Positions 1 to 10,025 of a stretch of 64,000 nt of DNA are shown here, in pieces. The notes below the pieces were generated by a model, which saw only the letters and a list, made by a program, of their open reading frames with translations, was not told the DNA's origin and made no database searches. Made by a program: the position numbers and the translations under genes. Source of the DNA: Candidatus Kuenenia stuttgartensis (lineage in GTDB: Bacteria > Planctomycetota > Planctomycetia > Pirellulales > UBA1268); the NCBI GenBank assembly GCA_945865325.1, contig CAMBFA010000002.1, positions 9,035 through 73,034 on the forward strand, in the 5' to 3' direction. Positions within the stretch are counted from its first letter, which is position 1. Every line of letters begins with the position of its first letter.

Positions 1-1296
1 CTCGAAGCCGCGGTCGAGCGCCACCCGGTAGAGCCAGGCTTGCGTCTTCTCCGGGAAAAGCTTGACGACCGACCAGGAGGCGGCCCCGGGATGGCCACCG
101 AGGGCCGCCTCGAGCTCGTGCCGGTCGTGGAGCGCCGACGGGGAGCGGAGGATCTGGAGGCTGCGGAGAATCGCGTGGCTGACGATGTGAACGAGGGCGA
201 CGACGCGGAAGCCGAGGCCGATCTCGACGAAGATGATCCCCGCCTGGGTCATCGAGGCATAGGCGAGCATGCTCTTGAGATCGGTCTGGACGCGACCGAT
301 CAGCGCCGCGTGGATGGCCGTGAAGCCGCCGATGAGGACCAGCGCCACCCGCGCAACCGGCGCCGCGTCAAGGAGCGCCTCGCAGCGGAGGAGGACGTAG
401 GCACCAGCGTGAATCGACAGGGCCCCGTAGAAGATGGCGCTCGACGGGGTCGGCCCCTCCATGGCCCGCGGCAGCCAGTTCGAGAACGGCACCTGGGCGC
501 TCTTCCCCATGGCCGCGAACACCAGCAGCAACGACACGAGCGTGGCATTCCCGGGCGACACCAGGCAGTCGGCGTTCGGCCAGACCCCTTCGAAGAGCCG
601 TTCGAAATCCCCCGAGCCGACGGCTCGATGAATCATCACTCCGGCGGCGAGGAGGCCGACATCGCAGATCCGGTAGGTCGTGAACGCCCGCAGCGCTGCC
701 TTGAGGGCGTTGGTGCGCTCGTGGAAGAAGCCGATGAGCATCGTCGAAGAGATGCCGAGGAACTCCCACCCCGCGAACAGGACGTCGATACTCCCGGCGA
801 GCACCATCAGATTCATCCCGGTGCCAAACAGCGTCAGGAGGACGAAGAACCGGGTGAACCCGGGCTCGCGATGGAGGTATTTGCCAGCGAAGGCGTTGAC
901 GAGCGCACAGAGCCCGGTGGAGAAGCAGACGTAGGGCACCGACAGCCCGTCAGCCACCAAATCGACGGTGGCGTCGTGGTGCCCGACCGAGAACCAGGTG
1001 CCCAGATGCACCTGCTCGGGGGCGAAGCCGCGCGACGCAAGCACCGCCAGCGTCACCAGACCAGCGAGGAAGGCGAGGGTGAACGCCCCCCCCACCAGCC
1101 GCGTGGTGGTCTGCTCCCGGAGCGGCCGGTCGAGCAGGGCTGGCAGGCCGACGAGCACGAGCGTGGCCGCCGGGGCAGCGAGCTGGAGAACGACCAAGAG
1201 CGACACAATCGCATGGGTCGAGGCGGCCGACACATCGAGCAAGCCGAACAGGCGATTCAGGGGGGCGGCCGCCAGGAACGCTGCGAAAAACGTCAT
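1..1296 (-). CDS. NuoL/MrpA/DabB-family proton-conducting membrane transporter subunit (N-terminal 432 codons; gene runs off the left edge)
   Basis: Not in the ORF track because no stop lies in the window. Hand translation of the minus strand from ATG (complement of 1294-1296) gives MTFFAAFLAAAPLNRLF...GWEFLGISSTMLIGFFHER...GKSAQVPFSNWLPRAMEGPTPSSAIFYGALSIHAGAYVLLR...MLAYASMTQAGIIFVEIG. The frame is open to position 1. The listed 40..1470 + ORF is its D/E/R-rich mirror image. Confidence 0.85.
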   Translation of the reverse strand, partial: MTFFAAFLAAAPLNRLFGLLDVSAASTHAIVSLLVVLQLAAPAATLVLVGLPALLDRPLREQTTTRLVGGAFTLAFLAGLVTLAVLASRGFAPEQVHLGTWFSVGHHDATVDLVADGLSVPYVCFSTGLCALVNAFAGKYLHREPGFTRFFVLLTLFGTGMNLMVLAGSIDVLFAGWEFLGISSTMLIGFFHERTNALKAALRAFTTYRICDVGLLAAGVMIHRAVGSGDFERLFEGVWPNADCLVSPGNATLVSLLLVFAAMGKSAQVPFSNWLPRAMEGPTPSSAIFYGALSIHAGAYVLLRCEALLDAAPVARVALVLIGGFTAIHAALIGRVQTDLKSMLAYASMTQAGIIFVEIGLGFRVVALVHIVSHAILRSLQILRSPSALHDRHELEAALGGHPGAASWSVVKLFPEKTQAWLYRVALDRGFE

Positions 1297-1640
1297 CCGC
1301 CCCGACTCCCATCGAGGTCTGGTTGGCCGCGGGGCAACCGCCGTGGCCACGCAGCCATGGCGACCGCTGCCGCCATGAGGCGTCCCGCGATCCGTGCGGC
1401 GGCGGTCGGCGACAAAGGGGCAGCTCCTGCAGCGCCGGTGTGGCCCACGAGCGGCCAAAGGGGCTTTTGACACCGGGGAGACCTGCCGGGATCGATACCC
1501 ACCCGAACGGAACAAGCCGATGATAGCAGACCGTTTGGCTTTCCGGTGCCCCCCCGCGCGGACTGCAGATCCCTGCCGAGATGGGCTGGTGGAGCGCCGA
1601 GAAACGGCGGCGTTTTTGGTAGTCTTTCTCTGGCCCGAGC

Positions 1641-2936
1641 ATGGACGTCGCCCGCCCCCCCACCGCCAGTGCCAAGCGAATCGTCGCCGTGATGAATCTC
1701 CCCGTTTTTCAGCGTCGCTCCGCCCCTCTCCTGGCGACCGCCCCGCGCCGCGGCGTGGTGCTCCTGGTCGACGACCAACCGATCATCGGCGAGGCGGTCC
1801 GGCGGATGCTCGCCGGTGAGGACTCGCTCGACTTCCACTATTGCCGGGAGCCCGCGTCGGCATTGACCATGGCGGCCGAGATCGGTCCGACGGTCGTCCT
1901 CCTCGACCTCGTGATGCCCGACGTCGACGGCCTTGAGGTGCTTCGCCGGATCCGCGCCGACGAACGCTTCCGGGATCTCCCCATCATCGTCCTATCAACC
2001 AAGGAGGAGCCGGCAGTCAAGGCCGAGGCGTTCGCACTCGGGGCCAACGACTACCTCGTCAAGCTCCCCGACCGGATCGAGCTGGTGGCGCGCGTCCGTT
2101 ATCATTCGCGCGGGTACGTCGCCCTTCTCGAGCGAAACCTGGCGTTTGCGGAGCTCCGCGTCAGCCGCGAGATGCTCGCCGACGACCTCGCCAGCGCCGC
2201 CCAATATGTCCGCTCGCTCCTCCCCCCACCGGGAGAGATGGCGGGGATCCGCGCCGATTGGCGGTTCATCCCGTCGGCGGATCTGGGGGGCGACGCCTTC
2301 GGCTATCACCGCCTCGACGACGACCAGGTCGCCATCTACCTCCTCGATGTTTGCGGCCACGGCGTCGGCGCCGCCCTGTTGAGCGTGTCGGCCCTCAACG
2401 CCATCCGCGGTGAGGCGCTGCCAAACACTGATTTCCGAGATCCGGCGGCCGTCCTCACGGCGCTGAACCGGGCCTTTCCGATGGAGCGGCACAACGACAT
2501 GTTCTTCACGATCTGGTATGGCGTCCACGACCGCCGCCGCCGCAGGCTGCGCTGGGCCGGCGGAGGGCACCCCGCGGCCCTCCTCGTCCACCCCGCCCGC
2601 GGATCCGGATCTGCGGCCAGCCCCGCGGGGATGGCCTCGATCCCCCTCGATTCCGACAACCCGCTCCTGGGAGCGATCGAGGGGCTCGAGTTCTCGGCTC
2701 GGGAGATTGATGTTCCGGCCGAAGCCTCACTGTGGATTTTCAGCGACGGCGCCTTCGAGATCCCCTGCCCCGATGGCTCGATGGGGTCCCCCCAGGCCTT
2801 CCGCGACCTGATCATCTCCCAGACCCGACCGGGGGAGGCGGCCCTGGACGCCGTTGTGGCCTCGACCAAGGCCCTCGCAGGAGGGGATGATTTCCTCGAT
2901 GACGTGTCGATTCTCGTCGTCGATTTCGGCAATTGA
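1641..2936 (+). CDS. Response-regulator receiver domain fused to PP2C/SpoIIE-type phosphatase (RsbU-like)
   Basis: 431-aa ORF. Receiver motifs: VVLLVDDQP, LLDLVMPDVDGLEVL, IIVLSTKEE, GANDYLVK. C-terminal SpoIIE-like motifs: DLGGDAFGY, IYLLDVCGHGVGAALLS, IFSDGAFE. An alternative start is ATG 1692. Confidence 0.85.
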   Translation: MDVARPPTASAKRIVAVMNLPVFQRRSAPLLATAPRRGVVLLVDDQPIIGEAVRRMLAGEDSLDFHYCREPASALTMAAEIGPTVVLLDLVMPDVDGLEVLRRIRADERFRDLPIIVLSTKEEPAVKAEAFALGANDYLVKLPDRIELVARVRYHSRGYVALLERNLAFAELRVSREMLADDLASAAQYVRSLLPPPGEMAGIRADWRFIPSADLGGDAFGYHRLDDDQVAIYLLDVCGHGVGAALLSVSALNAIRGEALPNTDFRDPAAVLTALNRAFPMERHNDMFFTIWYGVHDRRRRRLRWAGGGHPAALLVHPARGSGSAASPAGMASIPLDSDNPLLGAIEGLEFSAREIDVPAEASLWIFSDGAFEIPCPDGSMGSPQAFRDLIISQTRPGEAALDAVVASTKALAGGDDFLDDVSILVVDFGN

Positions 2937-2956
2937 AGGGCTTTCCTTCGCGGTTT

Positions 2957-2985
2957 CAGCCCTGTTCCAGCCCTGTTCCAGCCCC
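2957..2985. repeat. Short tandem repeat, 11-bp unit CAGCCCTGTTC x about 2.6
   Basis: Read directly: cagccctgttc cagccctgttc cagcccc. It starts 21 nt after the RR-phosphatase stop. Confidence 0.9.
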
Positions 2986-3088
2986 ACGTCGGCCCGGCCA
3001 CACCGATCTGCACGGGATGGCGAGGGGCCGCCTTGCATGCGATTCCCGAATCCGTACACTCAAGGGTTTCCCGTCCCGAGACGGTCTG

Positions 3089-3161
3089 GCTAGCGTAGCT
3101 CAATTGGCAGAGTACCTGATTTGTAATCAGGTGGTTGCGGGTTCAACTCCCGCCGCTAGCT
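3089..3161 (+). tRNA. tRNA-Thr (anticodon TGT)
   Basis: Hand-folded cloverleaf. Acceptor GCTAGCG/CGCTAGC, anticodon stem CCTGA/TCAGG with loop TTTGTAA, T-arm GCGGG-TTCAACT-CCCGC. No encoded CCA. Confidence 0.93.
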
Positions 3162-3435
3162 CACTCCATTTCAAGGGGAGTTCCGAAAGGGTTCTAAGCG
3201 GGTCACGACCGAGCGCTCGTCCGACCGGGGTAGCGGTGTCCGAAAGCACCCACCCCCTGCCGTGACGATCGCGGCTGGGGTGGAATCGGTGGCGGCGTCC
3301 CCAATGGGAGGCTGGTCCGAGGCGGCACCGGATCGGGAAAAAACGGTGGCGCGGAATCGATCGAAGCGGTAGCGTTCCTGCGGTAGGTTTAGATGCGGGG
3401 AGATTTGGATCCCAACCGATATCACCATCACATGA

Positions 3436-3517
3436 GGGGAGTTTCCCGAGCGGTCAAAGGGGCTTGACTGTAAATCAAGTGGCTCTGCCTTCGCAGGTTC
3501 GAATCCTGCACTCCCCA
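3436..3517 (+). tRNA. tRNA-Tyr (anticodon GTA), long variable arm
   Basis: Acceptor GGGGAGT/ACTCCCC, anticodon stem CTTGA/TCAAG with loop CTGTAAA, T-arm GCAGG-TTCGAAT-CCTGC. The layout parallels E. coli tRNA-Tyr. Confidence 0.92.
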
Positions 3518-3699
3518 CTTTTCATCCTCTGCCACCCCAGGCCCCGGCCCCCGAAGTTTACGAACAGTACCCGTTCAACGTTTTGAGTCGATGATTTGAG
3601 CCCGAGTCGCCGGTCAGACGCCCCGAAGTCGATCCACACCCAAACCAGCAACCACCGCCAGCATCAAGAGGTATCCGCCGGGGCCCGCACGACCGCACC

Positions 3700-3770
3700 G
3701 CGGGTGTAGCTCAATGGTAGAGCGGTAGCCTTCCAAGCTATTGACGAGGGTTCGATTCCCTCTACCCGCT
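3700..3770 (+). tRNA. tRNA-Gly (anticodon TCC)
   Basis: Acceptor GCGGGTG/TACCCGC, anticodon loop CTTCCAA, T-arm GAGGG-TTCGATT-CCCTC. Confidence 0.92.
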
Positions 3771-3935
3771 TTTCAGGCCGCCGCCGATCCTCAACGCCCC
3801 CTCCGCTCACCGTCACACCGCCCTCACAGATACCTTTTTTACGGAGCGACTGCCGCCACCATCGACCCATCCGCGTCCTCGCCGGGACGACGCCGCGCTC
3901 TCGAGCGCCCGTCCATCGAGGCCTCGACGCACACC

Positions 3936-4009
<74 letters not shown>

Positions 4010-4230
4010 CCCAGCGGTCGCCGTGACCACATCGCCCCCTCCACCAAAGATTCATCCTTCCGGCTTCCGGAAGGCCGCTCGTCACAAGATCGATCGATGT
4101 TTCGTGTTCAGACCTGGCCGTACGGGGCATCGTCGATCGATCGAATAGTTTGAGTTGATGCAGGATTTACGGGACCAGGGCAGGCGCCGCCTGCAGCCAC
4201 ACACCAGAGAGGAAGATCGAGGGAGAAAGC

Positions 4231-5430
4231 ATGGCTAAGGACACGTTCAACCGGAGCAAGCCGCACGTCAACGTCGGCACCATTGGTCACATCGACCATG
4301 GCAAGACGACTCTCACCGGCGCGCTGGTGGCCGTTCAGGCTGCCAAGAATCTGGCAATTGCGAAAAGCTACGCCGATATCGCCAAGGGCGGCACCGTCCG
4401 CGACGAGACGAAGACGGTGACCATCGCCGTCAGTCACGTCGAGTATGAGTCGGAAAAGCGGCACTACGCCCATATTGATTGCCCGGGTCACGCCGACTTC
4501 ATCAAGAACATGATCACTGGTGCCGCCCAGATGGACGGCGCCATCCTCGTTGTCAGTGCCGCCGACGGCCCGATGCCGCAGACGCGGGAGCACATCCTCC
4601 TTGCCAAGCAGGTCGGCGTGCCGGCGCTGGTGGTGTTTCTCAATAAGGTCGATCTCGTCGACGATCCGGAGCTTCTCGACCTCGTCGAGATGGAAATCCG
4701 CGAACTGCTGACGAAGTACGGATTCCCCGGCGACGATGTGCCGATCATCCGTGGTGCCGGTAAGCCGGCCTACGACAGCCCCAAAGACCCTGAGAAAAAC
4801 AAGTGTATCGGCGACTTGCTCGACGCCGTCGACGCCTACATCCCCGAGCCGGTTCGTGAGCTCGACAAGCCGTTCCTGATGGCGATCGAGGACGTGTTCT
4901 CGATCGAAGGTCGTGGCACGGTAGCGACTGGCCGTATCGAACGCGGCGAGGTGAAGGTCGGCGACGAGGTCGAGATCATCGGCCTCAAGGACAAGGCCGA
5001 GAAGACAACCTGCACCGGCGTCGAGATGTTCAAGAAGCTCCTCGACCGCGGTCAGGCCGGCGACAATGTCGGCTGCCTGCTGCGTGGCATCGCCCGCGAG
5101 GGCATCGAGCGTGGTCAGGTGCTTGCCAAGCCGGGCTCGATCAAGCCCCACAAGAAGTTCGAGTGCGAGGTGTACGTGCTTTCGAAGGAAGAGGGTGGTC
5201 GCCACACTCCGTTCTTCGCCGGCTACCGCCCGCAGTTCTACTTCCGGACGACCGACGTCACCGGGTCGACGAAGCTGATGAGCGGCGTCGAGATGGTTTC
5301 ACCGGGCGACAACGTGAAGATGGAAGTCGAGTTGATGGTCCCGATCGCCATGGACGACGGTGTCCGCTTCGCCATCCGCGAAGGTGGCAAGACCGTCGGC
5401 TCGGGCGTTGTGACGAAGATCCTCGACTGA
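4231..5430 (+). CDS. tuf: Elongation factor Tu
   Basis: 399 aa. Motifs [26 protein letters not shown]. Full-length EF-Tu collinearity. GGGAGA SD upstream of the ATG. Confidence 0.99.
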   Translation: MAKDTFNRSKPHVNVGTIGHIDHGKTTLTGALVAVQAAKNLAIAKSYADIAKGGTVRDETKTVTIAVSHVEYESEKRHYAHIDCPGHADFIKNMITGAAQMDGAILVVSAADGPMPQTREHILLAKQVGVPALVVFLNKVDLVDDPELLDLVEMEIRELLTKYGFPGDDVPIIRGAGKPAYDSPKDPEKNKCIGDLLDAVDAYIPEPVRELDKPFLMAIEDVFSIEGRGTVATGRIERGEVKVGDEVEIIGLKDKAEKTTCTGVEMFKKLLDRGQAGDNVGCLLRGIAREGIERGQVLAKPGSIKPHKKFECEVYVLSKEEGGRHTPFFAGYRPQFYFRTTDVTGSTKLMSGVEMVSPGDNVKMEVELMVPIAMDDGVRFAIREGGKTVGSGVVTKILD

Positions 5431-5453
5431 ACACGGATCCTGTGCGATGAAGC

Positions 5454-5485
5454 ACCAGGCGCCGGCCAAACGGCCGGCGCCTGGT
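5454..5485 (+). terminator. Perfect 14-bp GC-rich stem-loop between tuf and tRNA-Trp (terminator or processing hairpin, no U-tract)
   Basis: ACCAGGCGCCGGCC-AAAC-GGCCGGCGCCTGGT read directly. It lies 24 nt after the tuf stop and 5 nt before the tRNA. Confidence 0.4.
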
Positions 5486-5490
5486 CCCAC

Positions 5491-5563
5491 AGGGGCGTAG
5501 CTCAATTGGCAGAGCGCTGGTCTCCAAAACCAGAGGTTGCGAGTTCGATTCCCGCCGCCCCTG
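5491..5563 (+). tRNA. tRNA-Trp (anticodon CCA)
   Basis: Acceptor AGGGGCG/CGCCCCT, anticodon stem CTGGT/ACCAG with loop CTCCAAA, T-arm GCGAG-TTCGATT-CCCGC (one A:C mismatch in the T-stem). It has the canonical position upstream of secE. Confidence 0.9.
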
Positions 5564-5753
5564 CTTCGATGGACCTGGTCGCCGTGGCCACGTCCCAAAC
5601 AGTTTGCGTCGAGTAGTGTCTGGATCGACAAACTCCGGTTGGTCTGCCGATCGAGGTTCGAAAACAGCGGCGGGGTCGGCCCCGCCGGGTTCGTGGTTCC
5701 CTCACCAAGACTTGGTACATCAGACGGAGCGCCCGCGCCGGACGGAACCGACC

Positions 5754-6227
5754 ATGGCAGGAATGCAAGAAAACTCCACCGCCCCCAGTTCGCTGGGACG
5801 CGAATTGTTCAGCGCGTCGGTCTACAAGCGCAGTCAGGGGCGGGTCACCCGGCAGGTGACGTGCGTTGCCCTGATCGCCGCTTGGGGAATCGCCGTCTGG
5901 AGGCTCGCGCAGATCCTCCCCGCCTGGTTCGCGGAGGGTGGGCCGATGACCCAGGCCTTGCCGGCAGACGACTTCGGGGTCATCCGCTTTGTTGTTCCCA
6001 TCCTCATTTTCGTCGCCGGAGGGTGGCTCGCCTATCGGGCAGTGAACTTCCCCCGGTTCGCGGAGTTCCTCATCGGCGTCGAGTCGGAGATGGCGAAGGT
6101 AGCCTGGCCGTCGCTCGGCGAGGTCGCCCGCAGCTCCGCGGTGGTTATCTTTATGATCTTTGCCCTGTCGTTCATCCTCGCGGCGTACGACCTTTTCTGG
6201 CGGTTCGTCCTCCAGGCAGTCCAATAG
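5754..6227 (+). CDS. secE: Preprotein translocase subunit SecE (3-TM form)
   Basis: C-terminal signature FLIGVESEMAKVAWPSLGEVARSSAVVIFMIFALSFILAAYDLFW. It lies between tRNA-Trp and nusG. The listed ORF starts at 5604, but ATG 5754 (MAGMQENS...) avoids the tRNA-proximal region. The start is uncertain. Confidence 0.85.
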   Translation: MAGMQENSTAPSSLGRELFSASVYKRSQGRVTRQVTCVALIAAWGIAVWRLAQILPAWFAEGGPMTQALPADDFGVIRFVVPILIFVAGGWLAYRAVNFPRFAEFLIGVESEMAKVAWPSLGEVARSSAVVIFMIFALSFILAAYDLFWRFVLQAVQ

Positions 6228-6299
6228 GCGATCCTAGGATTCCGCTCAATCGCGGTCGAGACCCAAGGGTTCGGGCGACACCCCCGGACATCCCCACGC

Positions 6300-7055
6300 A
6301 TGTCGAAGCACGAACAACCAGACGCCTCCCCGGCTGAAACTGCCGCCGCGGCGGAGGCCCATGCCCCGGTCCGCGGCCACACCGAAGCTGCGCCCGTTGC
6401 CGCCGCCCCGGCGGTTGAGGCGGACGACGATGGCACGCCAGCCGAGCTTGCCGACCCGTTCGCGGGCAGCGACGACGCGAAGCCGGTAGCCTCGGCCTCC
6501 GACGAGGAGATCGCGCCGGTCGGTGAGCGAAAGTGGTTCATCCTGAAGGTCCAGAGCAATCGCGAGGACTCGATCACGGATACCCTCGAGCGGCGGATCC
6601 GGATGCAGGGGTTGGATCGGTTCTTCGGTAAGGTCATTGTGCCGAAGGAGCAGGTCACCGAGTTCAAGAGTGGCAAAAAACGCGTTGTTTCCCGCAAGCT
6701 CTATCCCGGATACATCCTGGTGAACATGATTCTCAATGACGAGACGTGGTATCTCGTCAGGGAGACCGGTGGTATCGGTGATTTTACCGGCTCGTCCGGT
6801 CGGCCGAGCCCGATGCTGCAGGCCGACGTCGACAAACTCCTGAACAAGTCGGCGGTCAAGCCCGACGAGGCCCCACGGCTGAAGATCAATTTCAAGAAGG
6901 GCGATAGGGTCAAGATCACCGAAGGGACGTTCGAGAACTTCGAGGGCGAAGTGGAGCAGATCGACGAGGCGAACGGCCGCGTCACGGTCATGCTGAGCAT
7001 CTTCGGGCGATCGACTCCGGTTGACATCGAATACTGGCAGATCGAGGGGCTTTGA
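6300..7055 (+). CDS. nusG: Transcription termination/antitermination factor NusG with about 75-aa Ala/Pro/Asp-rich N-terminal extension
   Basis: NGN domain KWFILKVQSNREDSI...PGYILVNM. KOW motif KKGDRVKITEGTFENFEGEVEQID...VMLSIFGRSTPVDIEYWQIE. Confidence 0.97.
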   Translation: MSKHEQPDASPAETAAAAEAHAPVRGHTEAAPVAAAPAVEADDDGTPAELADPFAGSDDAKPVASASDEEIAPVGERKWFILKVQSNREDSITDTLERRIRMQGLDRFFGKVIVPKEQVTEFKSGKKRVVSRKLYPGYILVNMILNDETWYLVRETGGIGDFTGSSGRPSPMLQADVDKLLNKSAVKPDEAPRLKINFKKGDRVKITEGTFENFEGEVEQIDEANGRVTVMLSIFGRSTPVDIEYWQIEGL

Positions 7056-7201
7056 GAGGCCCACCACGCCGTTGCCCAGCGGCTGATAACGATGGGTCAA
7101 GCGTCGGTCCTGCCCGGACACTCGTGCGGCCAGGGTAGACGGGTTACGAATCAAGCAACAACGTTTCCAGCAGTCCCGCGGAAGGGGTAGAGGTCAGCGT
7201 C

Positions 7202-7627
7202 ATGGCGAAGCAGATGGTCGGACAGGCGAAGTTCCAGATTCCAGGTGGTCAGGCCACCCCGGCGCCGCCGGTCGGGACGTCGCTCGGTCGTTACGGCATC
7301 AACCTCGGACAGTTCGTTCAGCAGTTCAACGACCGCACGCGGGACGCCGCCGGGATGGCGATCCCGGTGGTGGTGACCGTCTACAACGACCGGTCGTTCG
7401 AGTTCTACACCAAGAGTCCCCCGGCCGCGGCCCTCCTCAAGAAGGCTGCCGGTCTGGCCAAGGGCTCGGGCGTGCCGAACAAAGACAAGGTCGGCAAGGT
7501 CACCAAGGCCCAACTCGACGAGATCGTCCGCCTCAAGACCAACGACCTTAATGCCAGCGATACCGACCACGCCCGTCGGATGATCGAGGGCACGGCCCGC
7601 AGCATGGGAATCACTGTCGAAGGCTGA
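7202..7627 (+). CDS. rplK: 50S ribosomal protein L11
   Basis: [20 protein letters not shown] and overall L11 collinearity; 141 aa. Confidence 0.98.
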   Translation: MAKQMVGQAKFQIPGGQATPAPPVGTSLGRYGINLGQFVQQFNDRTRDAAGMAIPVVVTVYNDRSFEFYTKSPPAAALLKKAAGLAKGSGVPNKDKVGKVTKAQLDEIVRLKTNDLNASDTDHARRMIEGTARSMGITVEG

Positions 7628-7692
7628 ACGCAGCCCTGATTCTCTTCTCTTTTTTTCCCCCTATCCCCTCGCACACTTCCAGGACCGTAGCC

Positions 7693-8373
7693 GTGGCTGT
7701 CACCAAGCGCATGAAGGCGATGCTCGCCAAGTTGCCGAAGACCGAAGACCCCATCCCCGTCGCCGACGCTGTCGCGCTCCTCAAGAGCATGCCGCCGGCC
7801 AAGTTCGACCAGTCGGTCGAAATCCACATGCGTCTGGGGATCGATCCGAAACAGGCCGACCAAATCGTCCGCGGCTCACTCGTGCTGCCCCATGGAATCG
7901 GCAAGTCGAAGCGCGTCGTCGTGTTTGCTAAGGGCAACATGGCCGACGAGGCGCGGGCAGCAGGGGCGGAAGAGGTTGGGTCCGACGACCTGGCCAAGAA
8001 GATCAAGGAAGGCTGGACAGACTTCGACGTTTGCATCGCCGCCCCCGACATGATGGGCCTGGTTGGCCCGCTCGGGAAGGTGCTCGGACCCCGTGGTCTG
8101 ATGCCGAGCCCGCGTGCCGGCACGGTCACCGCCGACATCCGCAAGACGGTTAGCGAGTACAAGGCTGGGAAGGTCGAATTTCGCAATGATCCGACCGGTA
8201 TCGTCCACGCTGTTGTCGGCAAGGCGAGCTTCGACACCGACAAGATCGTCGATAATATCAAGGCCTTCATTGATCACATCATGTCACTGCAGCCCAACAG
8301 CGTGCGGGGACAGTACGTGAAGAGCATTTCGATCTCCGCCACGATGACTCCCGGGGTGATGATCGCCGCCTGA
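7693..8373 (+). CDS. rplA: 50S ribosomal protein L1 (GTG start)
   Basis: [10 protein letters not shown]... N-terminus typical of L1. [19 protein letters not shown] motif. 226 aa. Confidence 0.98.
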   Translation: MAVTKRMKAMLAKLPKTEDPIPVADAVALLKSMPPAKFDQSVEIHMRLGIDPKQADQIVRGSLVLPHGIGKSKRVVVFAKGNMADEARAAGAEEVGSDDLAKKIKEGWTDFDVCIAAPDMMGLVGPLGKVLGPRGLMPSPRAGTVTADIRKTVSEYKAGKVEFRNDPTGIVHAVVGKASFDTDKIVDNIKAFIDHIMSLQPNSVRGQYVKSISISATMTPGVMIAA

Positions 8374-8477
8374 CGCTGCGACCCGTTCCCTCGCCACGCA
8401 ATCTCTCGGTCTCGTTTCACTCCGGCTCTGTACAGCCCCCCACCGATCACGCTGCCCGATCAGGGCCCAAATCCGCC

Positions 8478-9029
8478 ATGAGCAAGCTTGTCAAGAATCT
8501 CCTCGTCGACGATCTCAAGGGGCGCCTGAAGGGCGTCAACGATCTGATCGTCGTCAGCCTCGGCCGCCTCAACGGCACGAAGACCACCCAGCTGCGACAG
8601 ACGCTGCGGAAGAAGAAGATCCACCTCCAACTGATCAAAAACAGCCTGGCACGTCGGGCAACGCTCAACACACCGTTGGCCCCGGCCTTCGGTGAGACCG
8701 AGGGGATGCTCGCGATCGCCTGGGGAGGGGAGGACGTTGTCGATCTGGCGAAGGAGCTCGATCGCGTCTCCACAATCAAAGACTACGAGGGTCTTGAGTT
8801 CCGCGGGGGAGCCCTCGATGGCGCCCGGCTCGAGCCGGCGGATGTCAAAGGCGTTGCCAAATGGCCCTCGCGCGCCGAGCAACTCTCGATCCTCTCCGGC
8901 CAAATCAGCTCGATGGGCTCGAAGCTCTCCGGGCAGATCCTCGGTGTTGGTGGCACGCTGGCCGGCCAGATCAGCTCCCGGGTCGATGACCTAGAAAAGG
9001 CCGCAACGACGGAGGTTCCGGCCGCCTGA
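8478..9029 (+). CDS. rplJ: 50S ribosomal protein L10
   Basis: 183 aa, positioned between rplA and rplL. N-terminal L10-like VDDLKGRLKGVNDLIVVSLGRLNGTKTTQLRQTLRKK. Confidence 0.93.
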   Translation: MSKLVKNLLVDDLKGRLKGVNDLIVVSLGRLNGTKTTQLRQTLRKKKIHLQLIKNSLARRATLNTPLAPAFGETEGMLAIAWGGEDVVDLAKELDRVSTIKDYEGLEFRGGALDGARLEPADVKGVAKWPSRAEQLSILSGQISSMGSKLSGQILGVGGTLAGQISSRVDDLEKAATTEVPAA

Positions 9030-9223
9030 CCGGCATTTCGGACCATTGCCACGACGCGGGCTTCCCAAGCTCCACTTTCATGGTATGACTAGGGATTCCC
9101 CATTTTCGATACGCCGGCCCTGGACTTGGTCCAATCTGGGCAGGCACGACAACCGACCACCCATGACACACAGCCGGCGGCATTCGCACCGGCCTCATTC
9201 CTGAAGGGAAAGGATCTCGAGCG

Positions 9224-9652
9224 ATGGCAACGGCTGAAGCGACGCGTGAATTCACCAACGATACGAAGGACCTCGGCGACAAGATTGTGTCCTTGACTCT
9301 CAAGGCCGCCAAGGAACTCTCCGACTACCTCGACGAAGTCCACGGCATCAAGCCCGCCGCCGGTGGCGCGGTCATGATGGCCGGTCCGGGCGGAGCCGGC
9401 GGTGGACCCGGAGGTGCGGCCGAGGCGGCTGTTGAAAAGACCGAATTCGACGTCATCCTCGAGAGCTACCCGACCGAATCCAAGATCGGCATCATTAAGG
9501 TTGTCCGCGCGGCGACCGGTCTCGGCCTCAAAGAGGCCAAGGATCTCGTCGAGAGCGCCCCGGCGAAGGTCAAGGAGGGCATCTCCAAGGCCGACGCCGA
9601 GAAGCTCAAGAAGGAACTTGAAGACGCCAAGGCGAAGGTCGCTGTCAAGTAA
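9224..9652 (+). CDS. rplL: 50S ribosomal protein L7/L12
   Basis: Gly/Ala hinge, then C-terminal domain [53 protein letters not shown]. Confidence 0.98.
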   Translation: MATAEATREFTNDTKDLGDKIVSLTLKAAKELSDYLDEVHGIKPAAGGAVMMAGPGGAGGGPGGAAEAAVEKTEFDVILESYPTESKIGIIKVVRAATGLGLKEAKDLVESAPAKVKEGISKADAEKLKKELEDAKAKVAVK

Positions 9653-9670
9653 TTTTGCTTCATTTACCGC

Positions 9671-9720
9671 GGCAGCGGTCGGAGGCTTGGTCTTCCGGCC
9701 GCTGCCCGGTATAGTTTTTG
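9671..9720 (+). terminator. Intrinsic terminator/attenuator downstream of rplL
   Basis: 13-bp stem 9671-9683/9694-9706 (one G:U pair), 10-nt loop, T5 run at 9715-9719. It corresponds positionally to the partial terminator known between rplL and rpoB in E. coli. Confidence 0.5.
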
Positions 9721-10025
9721 CATGGCGAATCCCCGACGGTCAACCTTTCGACGGTGGTTCCGCGGGAACGGCGTTTGCCTCATCCTACGTCAGCCCCAGC
9801 CTGCTGGCCCCCTGCGGCGGGATGAAGCGCTCCTCCCCCGGCACTCCAGACGGAAGGCCCGCTCCCGCACGGGGGTCCCCTGCCACCTCGGCGGGCGGAA
9901 CTTCCTGCCGAGAGTGGCGTCATCTGGCTTTGCGTCGATCGAGGTAGTGCTGTCGGTATCGCTCTAAAATTCTATCCAGGTCTTCATCCAAGGGTCCAGT
10001 CCGGGCCCTTTAGGGAGAATTGCCC

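Noticed and set aside
40-1470. 476-aa plus-strand ORF at the left edge
   Set aside because: It has a D/E/R/H-rich, non-protein-like composition. It is the antisense image of the NuoL-like membrane protein that I translated on the minus strand.
3162-3435. Search of long non-coding gaps for known RNAs such as RNase P, tmRNA, SRP, 6S, riboswitches and hammerhead-type ribozymes (gaps 3162-3435, 39213-39536, 43975-44208, 46848-47251)
   Set aside because: I could not recognise any diagnostic motif by eye. Absence is not proven without covariance-model searches.
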